From positions 1 to 64,000 of the forward strand of contig JBBRSB010000003.1 in NCBI GenBank assembly GCA_038245785.1: DNA of 64,000 bases. The letters run 5' to 3'. The DNA is from Gloeobacterales cyanobacterium (GTDB lineage Bacteria; Cyanobacteriota; Cyanobacteriia; Gloeobacterales; PMM-0068). The notes below the pieces were generated by a model. The model did no database searches. It was not told the origin of the DNA and saw only the letters and a program-made list of their open reading frames with translations. The position numbers and the translations under genes are program-made. This document shows positions 1 to 9,238 of the stretch, in pieces (position 1 is the stretch's first letter; each line of letters starts with the position of its first letter).

Positions 1-320
1 AGTGCTAAAAGTGTTTCGAATCCTAGCTGGACCGTATCGCAATCGACGACGGCGATTTGGATTGCGTTTGAATCTGATAGCAGGGATCTCCAATTTTGAA
101 CGCTTCCTAAAAGTTCCAGCCTGATTCGTGCAAGAGCTCTATTGGACGGGTTGCTAGAAAGCGGAATATTCATCAATGCGTGTGATCTCCATGGATTCAA
201 AAACCCAATGTACAGGGGTCATACTCCAGCACTTGAGAGCATACAGAATACTTCAGTTTAGTATAAATCTGAGTTTAGGAATCTTGAGTCTGAGCCCCGA
301 AGTACTGTAAAACGCAAGCA

Positions 321-2663
321 TTAAACAGAATTCTGGCGAACGGTAAAGTAGAACGTGCTCCCGTGACCCTTGGCTGACTCGACCCAAATTTTTCCACCGT
401 GTCGCTCTACAATCTTTTGAGCGATCGTCAGACCTGCCCCGGTTCCACCGCCATAGGCTTCGCGGGTATGCAAACGCTTAAAAATTCGAAATACGTCATC
501 TAGATGTAGGGCCTCAATCCCAATGCCATTGTCACGGACATAGATGACATGAGCCGCTTCTTGAAAATCGATCTTGGGACGTTCGCGTCGGGTACGTTGG
601 GCGATAGCTGGCTCAAGACAGCCAATTTCAATTTTTGTGACGGGGTTGTCATTGTACTTAATGGCATTACTCACTAAATTCGTGAGCAGTTCATTCAGTT
701 GAGTACGATCGCCCTGAATGGTAGGCAGGGGGTGTATGGCGACCTCCAGGGCATTACCTGAGGTGATTTTGAATAGCTCGACCACCTCCTGAACCAGGAG
801 ATTTAGGTCAATAGGCTGCCAGGCCAGTTCGGCTCGTCCCAACCGAGCATAATGCAGCAAAGAGTCGATTAAATCTTCCATCCGGCTGGTAAGGCGGGTC
901 AAGGTTTGGAGTTTTGACACGCCTTCGGCATCTAGGACTTCGGCATAGTCTTCCATCAAAAAACTGGAGTAGTTATGAATGCCTCGTAGGGGTTCCTTTA
1001 AGTCATGGGAGGCAACATAGGCAAAGGAGTCCAGCTCTATGTTGCTTCGTTCTAACTCTAAATTCAGTTTTGACACTTCCGCCGCGTGGCGTAGAGCAAC
1101 ATGAATAATCGCACTTCGAAGTTCTAGGGCGGCTTCGTATTCAGAGAATTTCCACGGTAACGCTGTCTGATGCACCGTTTCTTGCCATGCGCTGAAGGAT
1201 TTGCGAGGAGAAAGTCGCACCTCCCCATTTTCCTGGTCGATCGCGGGCTTATTGGGGTTGCCTCCCCAAGTGACCGTTTGATTCACTTCCGGGCGGAACC
1301 AAAGGATGTAAAATTTTTGAGCATTGGAGACCATCATCGCCAGCAATCCACTGCCAACATCGCTGTAGGATTCTGCCTCCGGGTACTCTTGGGCCAGACA
1401 AATGGTCTGCACGACGCCCTCTTCTTGAAGACGGGGCGTTAGATGGTCAATCAGAGTCTTCAGGTGATCGTTACTGGGTGTCTTCCCTAAAACAACGCAC
1501 TCATCCTGAAGTGCGATGACCACGCCAGTTGCTCCCACCAAGTTCAATAAATTTGTGGGAGATTCAGTTAAAGCTTTCAAAACATCAGTTTGTTTCGAGA
1601 TTGACTCAAAAAACGATGTTTTTAGGGTGTTGAGCTTTATTTGATAGGCTTGATCCTGATGATCGGCTTTAGAAGTTAATTCAAATGCAGCCATCTGACC
1701 AATAAATTCACATACGGTTCGCAGGAAGTACGGAAGCAGCTTTGGTTCACGGTGATGGCAAGCGATCAGCCCCCATAGCTGCTGATCTCGGACTAACGAA
1801 ATCGACATTGATGCCCGCACTCCCATATTGTGCAAGTACTCGGTGTGTATAGGAGAGATACTCCGCAACACAGACCAGCTTAGGTCTAAGGGGGCTTTGG
1901 TGATGGGATTAAGGGTTGGGACCAGCGCAACGGGGTCATAGGTTGCATCCGGGACCAAGCGTAGATGATTGAGGGTATACAGGTGCCGCGCTTGCTTGGG
2001 AATATCGGAGGCGGGATAGTGTAATCCCAGGAAAGGTTCTAGGTCAGTATGACAGGCTTCGGCGATCACCTCTCCGGATCCCGACGGATCAAAGCGGTAG
2101 ATCATCACCCGATCGAATCCGGTAATGTGGCGTACGCTGGTGACCAATTGGGTGCACAGTTCATCGAGGGTGGCTGCGTTCTGCAGTGCTGCAATCGGAG
2201 CCTTGACCTGGCGGTAGAAATCAAAATAGGTTATATCGTCTTTAGCCGGTGCGTCTTGCCCAAACTCCACCTCCAGGATCACCATGTCAGATACGCGATG
2301 CACAATGCTATGAGCGGTGATTGGGCCATGAGGTGTGCTCAGGGTGAGCTGTAACGGGTTTACATACTCAAAGTCTCCAGCTAAGCACTGACGAACGGCG
2401 TGAATATCAGCCTTACTCAATAGGCTGCTTAAGGGTTTATTCAAAAAATTCTTCGGTGGTCTTCCGAGCCGTTCCTTCGTATTCTCGCTGACTTGCACAA
2501 TCTTTAAGGCAGGTTCCTGAAGGACAAACAGAACGCCATGGGGTTGAATATAGCCTGGAATATGGATCGGTTCGCGATCACAGTTACTTACATCTACCGT
2601 TTCGCGTGTGATCAGCAGATCGTCGGATTTAACGTGCGGCTGTGTCATAGGAATGAGAGTCAC
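321..2663 (-). CDS. Bacteriophytochrome-type (CphB/BphP-like, biliverdin-binding) PAS-GAF-PHY histidine kinase
   Basis: N-terminal NCDREPIHIPGYIQPHG; GFDRVMIYRF; PASDIP; PHY tongue PRKSF; H-box ASHDLKEPLRG; HATPase G boxes. GAF reads SPIHTEYL, so it lacks the Cph1-type GAF Cys. Confidence 0.93.
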   Translation of the reverse strand: MTLIPMTQPHVKSDDLLITRETVDVSNCDREPIHIPGYIQPHGVLFVLQEPALKIVQVSENTKERLGRPPKNFLNKPLSSLLSKADIHAVRQCLAGDFEYVNPLQLTLSTPHGPITAHSIVHRVSDMVILEVEFGQDAPAKDDITYFDFYRQVKAPIAALQNAATLDELCTQLVTSVRHITGFDRVMIYRFDPSGSGEVIAEACHTDLEPFLGLHYPASDIPKQARHLYTLNHLRLVPDATYDPVALVPTLNPITKAPLDLSWSVLRSISPIHTEYLHNMGVRASMSISLVRDQQLWGLIACHHREPKLLPYFLRTVCEFIGQMAAFELTSKADHQDQAYQIKLNTLKTSFFESISKQTDVLKALTESPTNLLNLVGATGVVIALQDECVVLGKTPSNDHLKTLIDHLTPRLQEEGVVQTICLAQEYPEAESYSDVGSGLLAMMVSNAQKFYILWFRPEVNQTVTWGGNPNKPAIDQENGEVRLSPRKSFSAWQETVHQTALPWKFSEYEAALELRSAIIHVALRHAAEVSKLNLELERSNIELDSFAYVASHDLKEPLRGIHNYSSFLMEDYAEVLDAEGVSKLQTLTRLTSRMEDLIDSLLHYARLGRAELAWQPIDLNLLVQEVVELFKITSGNALEVAIHPLPTIQGDRTQLNELLTNLVSNAIKYNDNPVTKIEIGCLEPAIAQRTRRERPKIDFQEAAHVIYVRDNGIGIEALHLDDVFRIFKRLHTREAYGGGTGAGLTIAQKIVERHGGKIWVESAKGHGSTFYFTVRQNSV

Positions 2664-2717
2664 TATAGGGGAGCGGTTTCGCCATTCTAACGTGCAACTC
2701 AGCTCTTCTAGCCTCGA

Positions 2718-3872
2718 TCAAGAAGCCACAGTCTCAGGGTGATGGATGGGAAGATGGATACTAAAGCAGCTGCCCTCGCCAAGTGTGGACTGTATATCTA
2801 TACTGCCGCCGTGCGCTTCAGCAATACATCGCGACAGATATAGTCCCAAACCACTATCAGAGCGCTTATGCTTGCCTTGGCGGAAGCGCTCAAAGAGCAT
2901 GGTCTGCTCTTCTAGAGGGACGCCGCAACCCGTATCTTCAACGCTGAGGATGATCTCACTAGCTGACGTCTCTATGTCCCTTAAGTAAATACAGATTGAG
3001 CCGCTATCTGTGAATTTGATAGCGTTGCCTACCAAATTAACCAGTACGCGCCTTAACTCCAGACGATCAGCCAGGATATTAAAGGGTGCGGGATGGGTCT
3101 GGTCGCTAGCCGGATAGGCTACCTCCAATTTCAGGCTCTTCTCTAGGGCTAGCGGCATCAGTTCACGCGCCACTTCTTGTATCAGATCAGGCAGATCACA
3201 CAAATCACACTCAGTGAGGTTAAGTGTTTTATAGCCAGCCTCATGACGAAATACTTCCAACCATGTATTGACCATCTGTAAAAGGTTCTGGTTGCTAGTC
3301 GCCATGCAGGTAAACGCTTCCTGGGTTTCGGCAGTAGTAGGACCGAATGCGCCCTCTTGCAGCAGGTGCAGCATGCGATCAGCCGCAACTAGGGGTGTAC
3401 GCAAGTCGTGGGTTAGGCGTGAGACAAAGTCTTCGCGTTGGCGCAGCAGCTGCTCTCGTTGCTGTTTAGCTAGCGTTGCTTCCCTTTCCGCCTCATATAG
3501 CCGGATTGCGTTGCGTAGCATCTGTTCCAAACTTTCTGGGGAGACCATAGTCTTGGCTAGATAATCGGAGGCCCCGGCCTTCATCAATTCAACGGCGATC
3601 TGCTCGTCTCCCTGTCCAGTCAGCATAATAATTGGAATGCGAATACCTCCGCAGCGCAACTGCTGCAGTAGTGCTAATCCATCTTGCCCTGGCAACTGAT
3701 AGTCAAGAAAAATGCAATCAAACATCTGGCGCTCTAGAGCCGTCGCCATGGTCTCTCCGTCGCAGGCTTCCTCCAGCTTCACGGGCACACCCGCTCGCAT
3801 CAGAGCCCGTCGCACCATCATGCGATCGACTTGATCATCGTCAACGATCAAAATTTTAAGAGGCTTCTCCAT
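2718..3872 (-). CDS. Hybrid response regulator-histidine kinase (REC-HisKA-HATPase)
   Basis: ILIVDDD...FLDYQLP receiver; THDLRTPL H-box; NAIKF, DTGCG and GLGL boxes; start taken at MEKPLK. Confidence 0.9.
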   Translation of the reverse strand: MEKPLKILIVDDDQVDRMMVRRALMRAGVPVKLEEACDGETMATALERQMFDCIFLDYQLPGQDGLALLQQLRCGGIRIPIIMLTGQGDEQIAVELMKAGASDYLAKTMVSPESLEQMLRNAIRLYEAEREATLAKQQREQLLRQREDFVSRLTHDLRTPLVAADRMLHLLQEGAFGPTTAETQEAFTCMATSNQNLLQMVNTWLEVFRHEAGYKTLNLTECDLCDLPDLIQEVARELMPLALEKSLKLEVAYPASDQTHPAPFNILADRLELRRVLVNLVGNAIKFTDSGSICIYLRDIETSASEIILSVEDTGCGVPLEEQTMLFERFRQGKHKRSDSGLGLYLSRCIAEAHGGSIDIQSTLGEGSCFSIHLPIHHPETVAS

Positions 3873-3920
3873 CACAATTTCACCAAAAAATATCTGCGTT
3901 AGTTCAAAGCCTTTCAAAAC

Positions 3921-4352
3921 TCAAAGCATTTCAGAGAAAGTCCAGTAGCGATTAAGCGTATCCATCATCTCTACAAAATTTCCAAAGGTGACGGGTTTGA
4001 GGATATAGCCTGCTACATTCAGCTTATAGGCGTCCATGCGGTCGCAATCTTGGTTCGAAGTAGTTAGGATAACAACCGGAATAGTACTCAAGGCTGGGTC
4101 GGCACGTATTTGCTGCAAAAATTCGATACCCCCCATTTTTGGCATGTTCAGATCCAGCAAGATCAGCCGCCGACCATCAGGAATTGCCGATGGCTTGCCA
4201 TCCTTGCCCCTCAGCATTTCAAGGGCTTCTAAGCCGTTAGATGCACAAAACAAAGGGTTGCGGATGTTATTTTTCTTGAATGCCCGCTGGACATTCATCA
4301 CATCAACTTCATCATCTTCGACCAATAAAATGTTAAGTTTCTTATCTTCCAT
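3921..4352 (-). CDS. Single-domain response regulator (Rcp1-like)
   Basis: ILLVEDDEVD, LLDLNMPKMGG, LTTS, YILKP and a C-terminal YW motif; start taken at MEDKK. Confidence 0.9.
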   Translation of the reverse strand: MEDKKLNILLVEDDEVDVMNVQRAFKKNNIRNPLFCASNGLEALEMLRGKDGKPSAIPDGRRLILLDLNMPKMGGIEFLQQIRADPALSTIPVVILTTSNQDCDRMDAYKLNVAGYILKPVTFGNFVEMMDTLNRYWTFSEML

Positions 4353-4454
4353 TATGTACGACTTAGTATCTTTTAAGGGCATGTATTTAACGTGCATGGC
4401 AACAAACGGAGTTTACTATGCATACAATTTAACAATTTAACGATTTCTTTGTCT

Positions 4455-4470
4455 TCTACCTTAATGTATA
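4455..4470 (-). promoter_or_regulatory. Island palindromic box upstream of the RR-HK-phytochrome operon
   Basis: TATACA-TTAA-GGTAGA on the minus strand, then 23 nt, then TAAATT. Confidence 0.5.
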
Positions 4471-4594
4471 CACAAATGTACAGATGAGATGTTCTAGATA
4501 TATAATTCCCAGCGGTTAAGACATTTCATAAACAAACTCTCTTTTACAACCTATTCCCTTTGGGGGTTTATAGAGGCTGATGCGTAGAGTGTAG

Positions 4595-4610
4595 TATTTC
4601 TAAAGATAGA
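4595..4610 (+). promoter_or_regulatory. Island palindromic box upstream of the orrA-like gene
   Basis: TATTTC-TAAA-GATAGA, then 22 nt, then TACAAT (4633-4638). Confidence 0.6.
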
Positions 4611-4660
4611 TAGCAAAAATAATACAATCTTCTACAATATATAGGAACAGCTCAGCGCAA

Positions 4661-5383
4661 ATGTTGTGCAGTCAAGGCATGCCTATGGAACCAATTTCTG
4701 TCGTCCTCATTGAAGACCATGATCTGACGCGGGTGGGAATACGCGCTGGCTTGCAGCAGAAGTCAACAGTTAAGGTGATTGGGGAAGCAAGCCAGGGCCA
4801 TCACGGACTGCGTCTGCTAGAAACCATGAAGCCTGATGTGGCCATTGTAGATATTGGCTTACCCGATATAGATGGGATAGAGCTGACCCGAAAGTTTAGA
4901 AGCATGGCCGTAGGGGCCGACACCAAGATTTTGATTTTGACCATGCATGATAGCGAAGACTCTGTGTTGGCTGCTTTTGCGGCAGGGGCGGACTCTTACT
5001 GCATGAAGGACATCAGCATTGACCAACTAACTGAGGCAATCATCGCCACGCATGGCGGACAATCCTGGATTGATCCTAGTATCGCCAGCATAGTGCTACG
5101 ACAGATGCGCTCTAGGTCGGAGCAGCCGATTCATAGAACGGTGCCCATTGATGCCGCAGAACCAGAGTACGTACATTTGTTAGAGTCCTCTCCTTTGACA
5201 TCCCGTGAGGTGGATGTTCTAGAGCTAATCGTTGCGGGTCAAAGCAACTCATCCATTGCTGAAAAACTATATGTAACAGTTGGTACTGTTAAAACTCATG
5301 TGCGGAATATCCTCAGTAAGCTAAGCGCTGATGATCGCACTCAAGCAGCAGTTTTAGCTCTGCGCTCTGGCCTAATCAAGTAG
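4661..5383 (+). CDS. orrA: NarL/LuxR-family response regulator, OrrA-like
   Basis: LIEDHDLTRVG, VDIGLPDIDGIELTRKF, VLAAFAAGADSY, LuxR HTH VGTVKTHVRNILSKL..DDRTQAA; recalled resemblance to Anabaena OrrA; true start may be 4679 or 4685. Confidence 0.8.
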   Translation: MLCSQGMPMEPISVVLIEDHDLTRVGIRAGLQQKSTVKVIGEASQGHHGLRLLETMKPDVAIVDIGLPDIDGIELTRKFRSMAVGADTKILILTMHDSEDSVLAAFAAGADSYCMKDISIDQLTEAIIATHGGQSWIDPSIASIVLRQMRSRSEQPIHRTVPIDAAEPEYVHLLESSPLTSREVDVLELIVAGQSNSSIAEKLYVTVGTVKTHVRNILSKLSADDRTQAAVLALRSGLIK

Positions 5384-5780
5384 CATACTTGCTGTTGCGC
5401 AGATGAGATAGTTGCTGAAGCGAGGCTAGAAGTCGTACTTGTAGCACAGCAATTTCAGTACCAACTAAATGAAACTTCCACTCAACGTTTACGTTAAATG
5501 CGGGACATTTAACATGACCCATCACTACAATTACCGATGGAGCTAAGACTTCTATTTGTTCTGGATACAGTGTCATGCCACTGCATTTATCAGCCAGGTA
5601 AGCAGCAATGGCTTCTCGACCGCGCACTTGGACCCCAAGAGGAGCAACCAGTGCGCCTGATTCACAAAAGAGGTCTGCCGCAGACAGATTTCGATGGGCA
5701 TTGACAGCCTCGAAATAGCTAATCAGTTGCTCAGGCAAGATAATAGTCTCACGAGTCTTTAAAGCAGTTTGTCGGTTCAT
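5376..5780 (-). CDS. OCP C-terminal domain homologue (CTDH/CCP, NTF2-like carotenoid-binding protein)
   Basis: YFEAVN, GALVAP..GREAIAAYL, VNVEWKF and LLASLQQL align with the OCP CTD; Tyr and Trp equivalent to the keto-carotenoid ligands are retained. Confidence 0.85.
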   Translation of the reverse strand: MNRQTALKTRETIILPEQLISYFEAVNAHRNLSAADLFCESGALVAPLGVQVRGREAIAAYLADKCSGMTLYPEQIEVLAPSVIVVMGHVKCPAFNVNVEWKFHLVGTEIAVLQVRLLASLQQLSHLRNSKYAT

Positions 5781-5805
5781 GATAGAAAAAATTAGGTTTG
5801 TAAGA

Positions 5806-5833
5806 TCCCCTAACCCCCCTCATTAAGGGGGGC
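5806..5833. repeat. Small palindromic dispersed repeat between HCP and CTDH
   Basis: TCCCCTAACCCCCCT-CATTA-AGGGGGGC hairpin, resembling cyanobacterial short dispersed repeats. Confidence 0.6.
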
Positions 5834-5875
5834 AAAGCCCTTAAAGAATTTAAATTCTTGTTAGCTAGGGGAATC

Positions 5876-6445
5876 TCAGACTGCGTTTCGGCCCATATCG
5901 TTGGCAATGTCGCGCAGAAAAGTAATCTGTTGCTCAAAATCAAGTTGCTTGACGGCATCAAGACTCTGCTTTCCAGCATCAGCCAGTTTGTAATCCTTAG
6001 GCATGCCAATTACACTATCGCCCATGCGTTCGGCTAGAACGTACCATACAGCAAGTTTATTGTTTTCAACTAAATTGCCATACAGATTACCAAGGGGCGT
6101 GTCATCACAACGCACCAGCGCACGCATAGCATCTAGTTGAGCGTCTCCAAAAGGTAGAGCATCGAATTCATCGAAAAAATTCTTTGTCAGGTCTAGGTCT
6201 GCAGAACCCAGAGCCGCTGGTGTAACTGAGTCACCCATCGCATCATATAGATAGTACAGAACTGCCAGCTTTGCATCTACTTCTAATCCATTGAACTGCT
6301 GAACAGTTTCTTTAATACCATGAGTACGGATTTCCTCAGCAGGAACCCCAGCAACGATTTGTGAAACTATTTCAGCAGTCTCTTCTGGGGAAACTCCCGC
6401 AGCAGGCTTAGTCTCAAACTCAAATTCCTTGTTTGCATCAGACAT
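5876..6445 (-). CDS. Helical carotenoid protein (OCP N-terminal domain homologue, HCP)
   Basis: MGDSVTPAA, QLDAMRAL, NNKLAVWYVLAERMG, VIGMPKDY and LDFEQQITFLR..DMG are OCP-NTD motifs. Confidence 0.92.
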   Translation of the reverse strand: MSDANKEFEFETKPAAGVSPEETAEIVSQIVAGVPAEEIRTHGIKETVQQFNGLEVDAKLAVLYYLYDAMGDSVTPAALGSADLDLTKNFFDEFDALPFGDAQLDAMRALVRCDDTPLGNLYGNLVENNKLAVWYVLAERMGDSVIGMPKDYKLADAGKQSLDAVKQLDFEQQITFLRDIANDMGRNAV

Positions 6446-6502
6446 TATGTGTTCTCCACTTAGTACACTCCAAAAGAATAGAGTTTTTTAAAAAGGGTCA
6501 CC

Positions 6503-6518
6503 TCTTCCTTAAGTTAGA
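6503..6518 (-). promoter_or_regulatory. Island palindromic box upstream of hcp-ctdh
   Basis: TCTAAC-TTAA-GGAAGA (minus), then 22 nt, then TATTCT. Confidence 0.6.
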
Positions 6519-6612
6519 AACTATCAAGGTATACATAATCATAAAATTACAGCCCAATATTAAGTGCCCGTAAGTTAATTATCTAAATCTATTCATAAGG
6601 GTGACTCAATTC

Positions 6613-6628
6613 TATTTCTTAGGGAGGA
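6613..6628 (+). promoter_or_regulatory. Island palindromic box upstream of psb35-like/dps
   Basis: TATTTC-TTAG-GGAGGA, then 22 nt, then CATCCT. Confidence 0.5.
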
Positions 6629-6683
6629 TGGATAGGAAAGTGCTTTCTGTCATCCTGATGTCAACGAAAAGAAGGTTCAGCTT

Positions 6684-6893
6684 ATGGAAATCCCCATTAT
6701 TCTGCTTGTCGTCGGTTTCATCGCCGCTGCGACATTGGGTTCGATAGCTTGGTACAACTCGAAGCGCCCACCTGGTTGGGAAGATGCTGAAAAACCTGAT
6801 GTTGTGCCAGATCTGACCCTTGACCAAAAGGAATGGCCTAACGAACCCCGTGAATCCGACACCACAAGTCAAGGAAGAACGGTTCGGGACTAA
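6684..6893 (+). CDS. psb35: Photosystem II assembly factor Psb35-like single-helix membrane protein
   Basis: GFIAAATLGSIAWYNSKRPPGWE motif. Confidence 0.72.
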   Translation: MEIPIILLVVGFIAAATLGSIAWYNSKRPPGWEDAEKPDVVPDLTLDQKEWPNEPRESDTTSQGRTVRD

Positions 6894-6967
6894 CTAAATC
6901 TGTCTTTATGGCGATTTTTTCTTCTGCCAACCTTGATAAAAGAAGAGTAGTTTCACAAGAGGATGTT

Positions 6968-7525
6968 ATGAGTTCACGACGTAAAATCAACATTGGCTTG
7001 ACTGATCAGCAGCGCCAGGGTGTAATTACTCTAATCAATCGCAACATTGCAGATGCTTCCCTCCTACTGATCAAAACCAGGAAGTATCACTGGGATGTAA
7101 TTGGTCCCCAATTCCGTACCCTGCATAAACTGTGGGAAGAGCAGTATGAAGCTCTGACGCTCAATATTGATAGTTGTGCAGAGCGTATACGGGCTTTGGG
7201 TGGCTATCCCGTTGGCAGTGCTGCAGGTTTTCTGCAGTTGGCTACCATCAAAGAGCAAGAGGATACAATCCTTTCCGCCACGATCATGGTTGCCCAACTG
7301 CTGACTGATCACGAACAGGTTATTCGCGCTCTGCGTGAGGACATCGATGCCTGTAGCGAGCAGTTCCATGACCAGGGGACGGCAGACTTTCTCACTGGCT
7401 TGATGGAACAGCATGAAGATATGGCTTGGATGTTGCGCTCCTTTATCGAGGGCGAAGCAGTTGAGCCCGACGGCGTTCTACCAGCAACTGCCGAGACTAG
7501 ACCGCTAGCGGCGAAAAAGCGCTAA
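6968..7525 (+). CDS. dps: Dps family DNA-protection/ferritin-like protein
   Basis: KYHWDVIGPQFRTLHKLWEEQY, AERIRALG, DQGTADFL..HEDMAWML; AGAGG RBS before ATG 6968. Confidence 0.93.
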   Translation: MSSRRKINIGLTDQQRQGVITLINRNIADASLLLIKTRKYHWDVIGPQFRTLHKLWEEQYEALTLNIDSCAERIRALGGYPVGSAAGFLQLATIKEQEDTILSATIMVAQLLTDHEQVIRALREDIDACSEQFHDQGTADFLTGLMEQHEDMAWMLRSFIEGEAVEPDGVLPATAETRPLAAKKR

Positions 7526-7604
7526 TCTTCATTGCAGAAGAACATTTATTGAATTGCAATTCATTGCCTATCTCTTCTAGATATTACATCTGGCTGTGAT
7601 GGAT

Positions 7605-7642
7605 AAAACTTCCTGGTGAATGATTAGCCAGGAAGTTTTTTG
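7605..7642 (+). terminator. Intrinsic terminator after dps
   Basis: AAAACTTCCTGG...CCAGGAAGTTTTTT stem-loop followed by a T run. Confidence 0.65.
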
Positions 7643-7661
7643 GAGATTAATAGCAAAATAA

Positions 7662-7677
7662 TCTTCCTTCAGGAAGA
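7662..7677 (+). promoter_or_regulatory. Island palindromic box (perfect arms)
   Basis: TCTTCC-TTCA-GGAAGA, then 22 nt, then TATCTT. Confidence 0.65.
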
Positions 7678-7733
7678 TTATTTTAAAAGCTATAATTCTT
7701 ATCTTAGGTGTAGAACTCTCATGGATAGTCGAA

Positions 7734-8075
7734 ATGACATTTGCACAACCGCCCAAGCCCTCTGAGAAAGAAGTGACTAACTCCTATGAAGCTTTGCAGT
7801 CTGAGGGGGAAGATGCAGGATATAAAGTTACTCCCGAATCTCTAAACACGCAGCCTACTCCGACTGACCTGCTGCACGCGGCACAGTCCTATGCGCAAGC
7901 AGCTCTTGGTGAAGGTAGCCAGCTGCAGCAATTTAAACAGGTGAGCGATAAGCCAGAAACTTGGCAAGCAGCAGTGATTAACGGTTCAAAAACTGGTTTG
8001 CTGACAGCAAAGAAAGTCCCTGGTGGCTATGACTTGAAAGTAACCAGTGAAGAAGTGCAAGGCATCTACGATTAG
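7734..8075 (+). CDS. Hypothetical hydrophilic protein
   Basis: 113-aa ORF preceded by the island promoter box; family not recognised. Confidence 0.6.
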   Translation: MTFAQPPKPSEKEVTNSYEALQSEGEDAGYKVTPESLNTQPTPTDLLHAAQSYAQAALGEGSQLQQFKQVSDKPETWQAAVINGSKTGLLTAKKVPGGYDLKVTSEEVQGIYD

Positions 8076-8210
8076 TTGACAATACCACGATGATAGTCCG
8101 CTGCCTTGCGCGGGCTGCATACTCCCTTGTGCTTTAACCTGAGATCTCTATAAGTGAACACTGGTAATCAGTAAGAGAAGCAATACTGTTTAACTCTTAG
8201 TTGCTCTACC

Positions 8211-8417
8211 TTAACTATCCACAGAAAGCCATTCGGCAAAAGTCCAAGTCCCGACGATAATCAACAAAGGGAGTAAGGCTATGCTGCCGAAACTAAGCAG
8301 TTGAGACGGCATACTAAAAAACTGTTGAGGCATGATGACGGAGAATAGCGAGCCTCCAGAAAGGAGAGTTCCTGCTAGTGTACTTACACATTGTAGATAA
8401 AGGCGACGAGATTCCAT
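8211..8417 (-). CDS. Small two-helix membrane protein, hypothetical
   Basis: 68 aa, two hydrophobic segments, AAGGAA RBS upstream. Confidence 0.5.
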   Translation of the reverse strand: MESRRLYLQCVSTLAGTLLSGGSLFSVIMPQQFFSMPSQLLSFGSIALLPLLIIVGTWTFAEWLSVDS

Positions 8418-8602
8418 ATTAGATTTCCTTGAGGAAATGACTACACTATTAAGCGAAAGTATTGCGTCAAAGCAAAGTGCTTATGAACATCTTGCAATCT
8501 TTCCCTTTTTAGATGTTCAAACTCCTCAAGTTCGATGTCTTAAAGTATATCTTGCTAGCATCGGTAGAACGTTGCTGCCTTCAAAAGTAGCTGATTAAGC
8601 GG

Positions 8603-9136
8603 CTATTGAAGTGATGGCTCATTTGATCCAGGCTCTAACCAGTGTTGATATATCGCACGGGAACCAGCGTCTTCCAGTGCAATGATCACGTGCACACTTC
8701 GTAGACCTGGACTCGACTGATCAGCGATCGCTTGCAAAAACTGAATAGCTGCGTTGGCAGAGGTAAACCTCCCCTCAACAGTTGGTGAGAGCATATTATC
8801 AGATACTTGTTGTGCATCAAATTCGGTTTCTTGTGTCTGCCCTAAATCAATCACTGCAAGCTGTTTAGCTTCTGGACTAACCTGTTCAACAATCAACTTT
8901 TCGCGGCGAATAGGCACCTCCACTATTCGTGTTTCAATCTCCTTACGGACAATCACTTCGCCCACTTTGCGCTTGTGGAGATTGACTACCAGCCGCTCTT
9001 CCAACAACTGGATGGTTTCCTCTGCGACAATTGAGGAAACATTGATAGCAGAACGCCCAACGGTCTCTTCTGTTTCTAGCACATTAGGCGCGGAAACCAT
9101 CTGAGCATCAGATTCCTCAGGTTTTGAAAGCGGCAC
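8603..9136 (-). CDS. DUF2382 (YsnF/AvaK-type) domain protein
   Basis: IQLLEERLVV..KRKVGEVIVRKEIET..VEVPIRREKL. Confidence 0.85.
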   Translation of the reverse strand: MPLSKPEESDAQMVSAPNVLETEETVGRSAINVSSIVAEETIQLLEERLVVNLHKRKVGEVIVRKEIETRIVEVPIRREKLIVEQVSPEAKQLAVIDLGQTQETEFDAQQVSDNMLSPTVEGRFTSANAAIQFLQAIADQSSPGLRSVHVIIALEDAGSRAIYQHWLEPGSNEPSLQ

Positions 9137-9159
9137 GATTGTTTCTCCTAAAAGATAGT

Positions 9160-9188
9160 TCAGGCAGAGTGTTTCAAGCTCTGCCTGA
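9160..9188. terminator. Intergenic hairpin between the avaK-like gene and the DUF2382 gene
   Basis: TCAGGCAGAG-N9-CTCTGCCTGA. Confidence 0.5.
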
Positions 9189-9238
9189 GCTGTTTTACAT
9201 GCTAAGACTTACGGACAGAGGTCTCAGCATTGGCTTGC

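Noticed and set aside
1..320. Open frame on the minus strand running off the window start
   Set aside because: No recognisable motif, so a gene cannot be supported
8498..8513. Possible island box upstream of the 68-aa ORF
   Set aside because: Poor half-site and a weak -10 at the expected spacing
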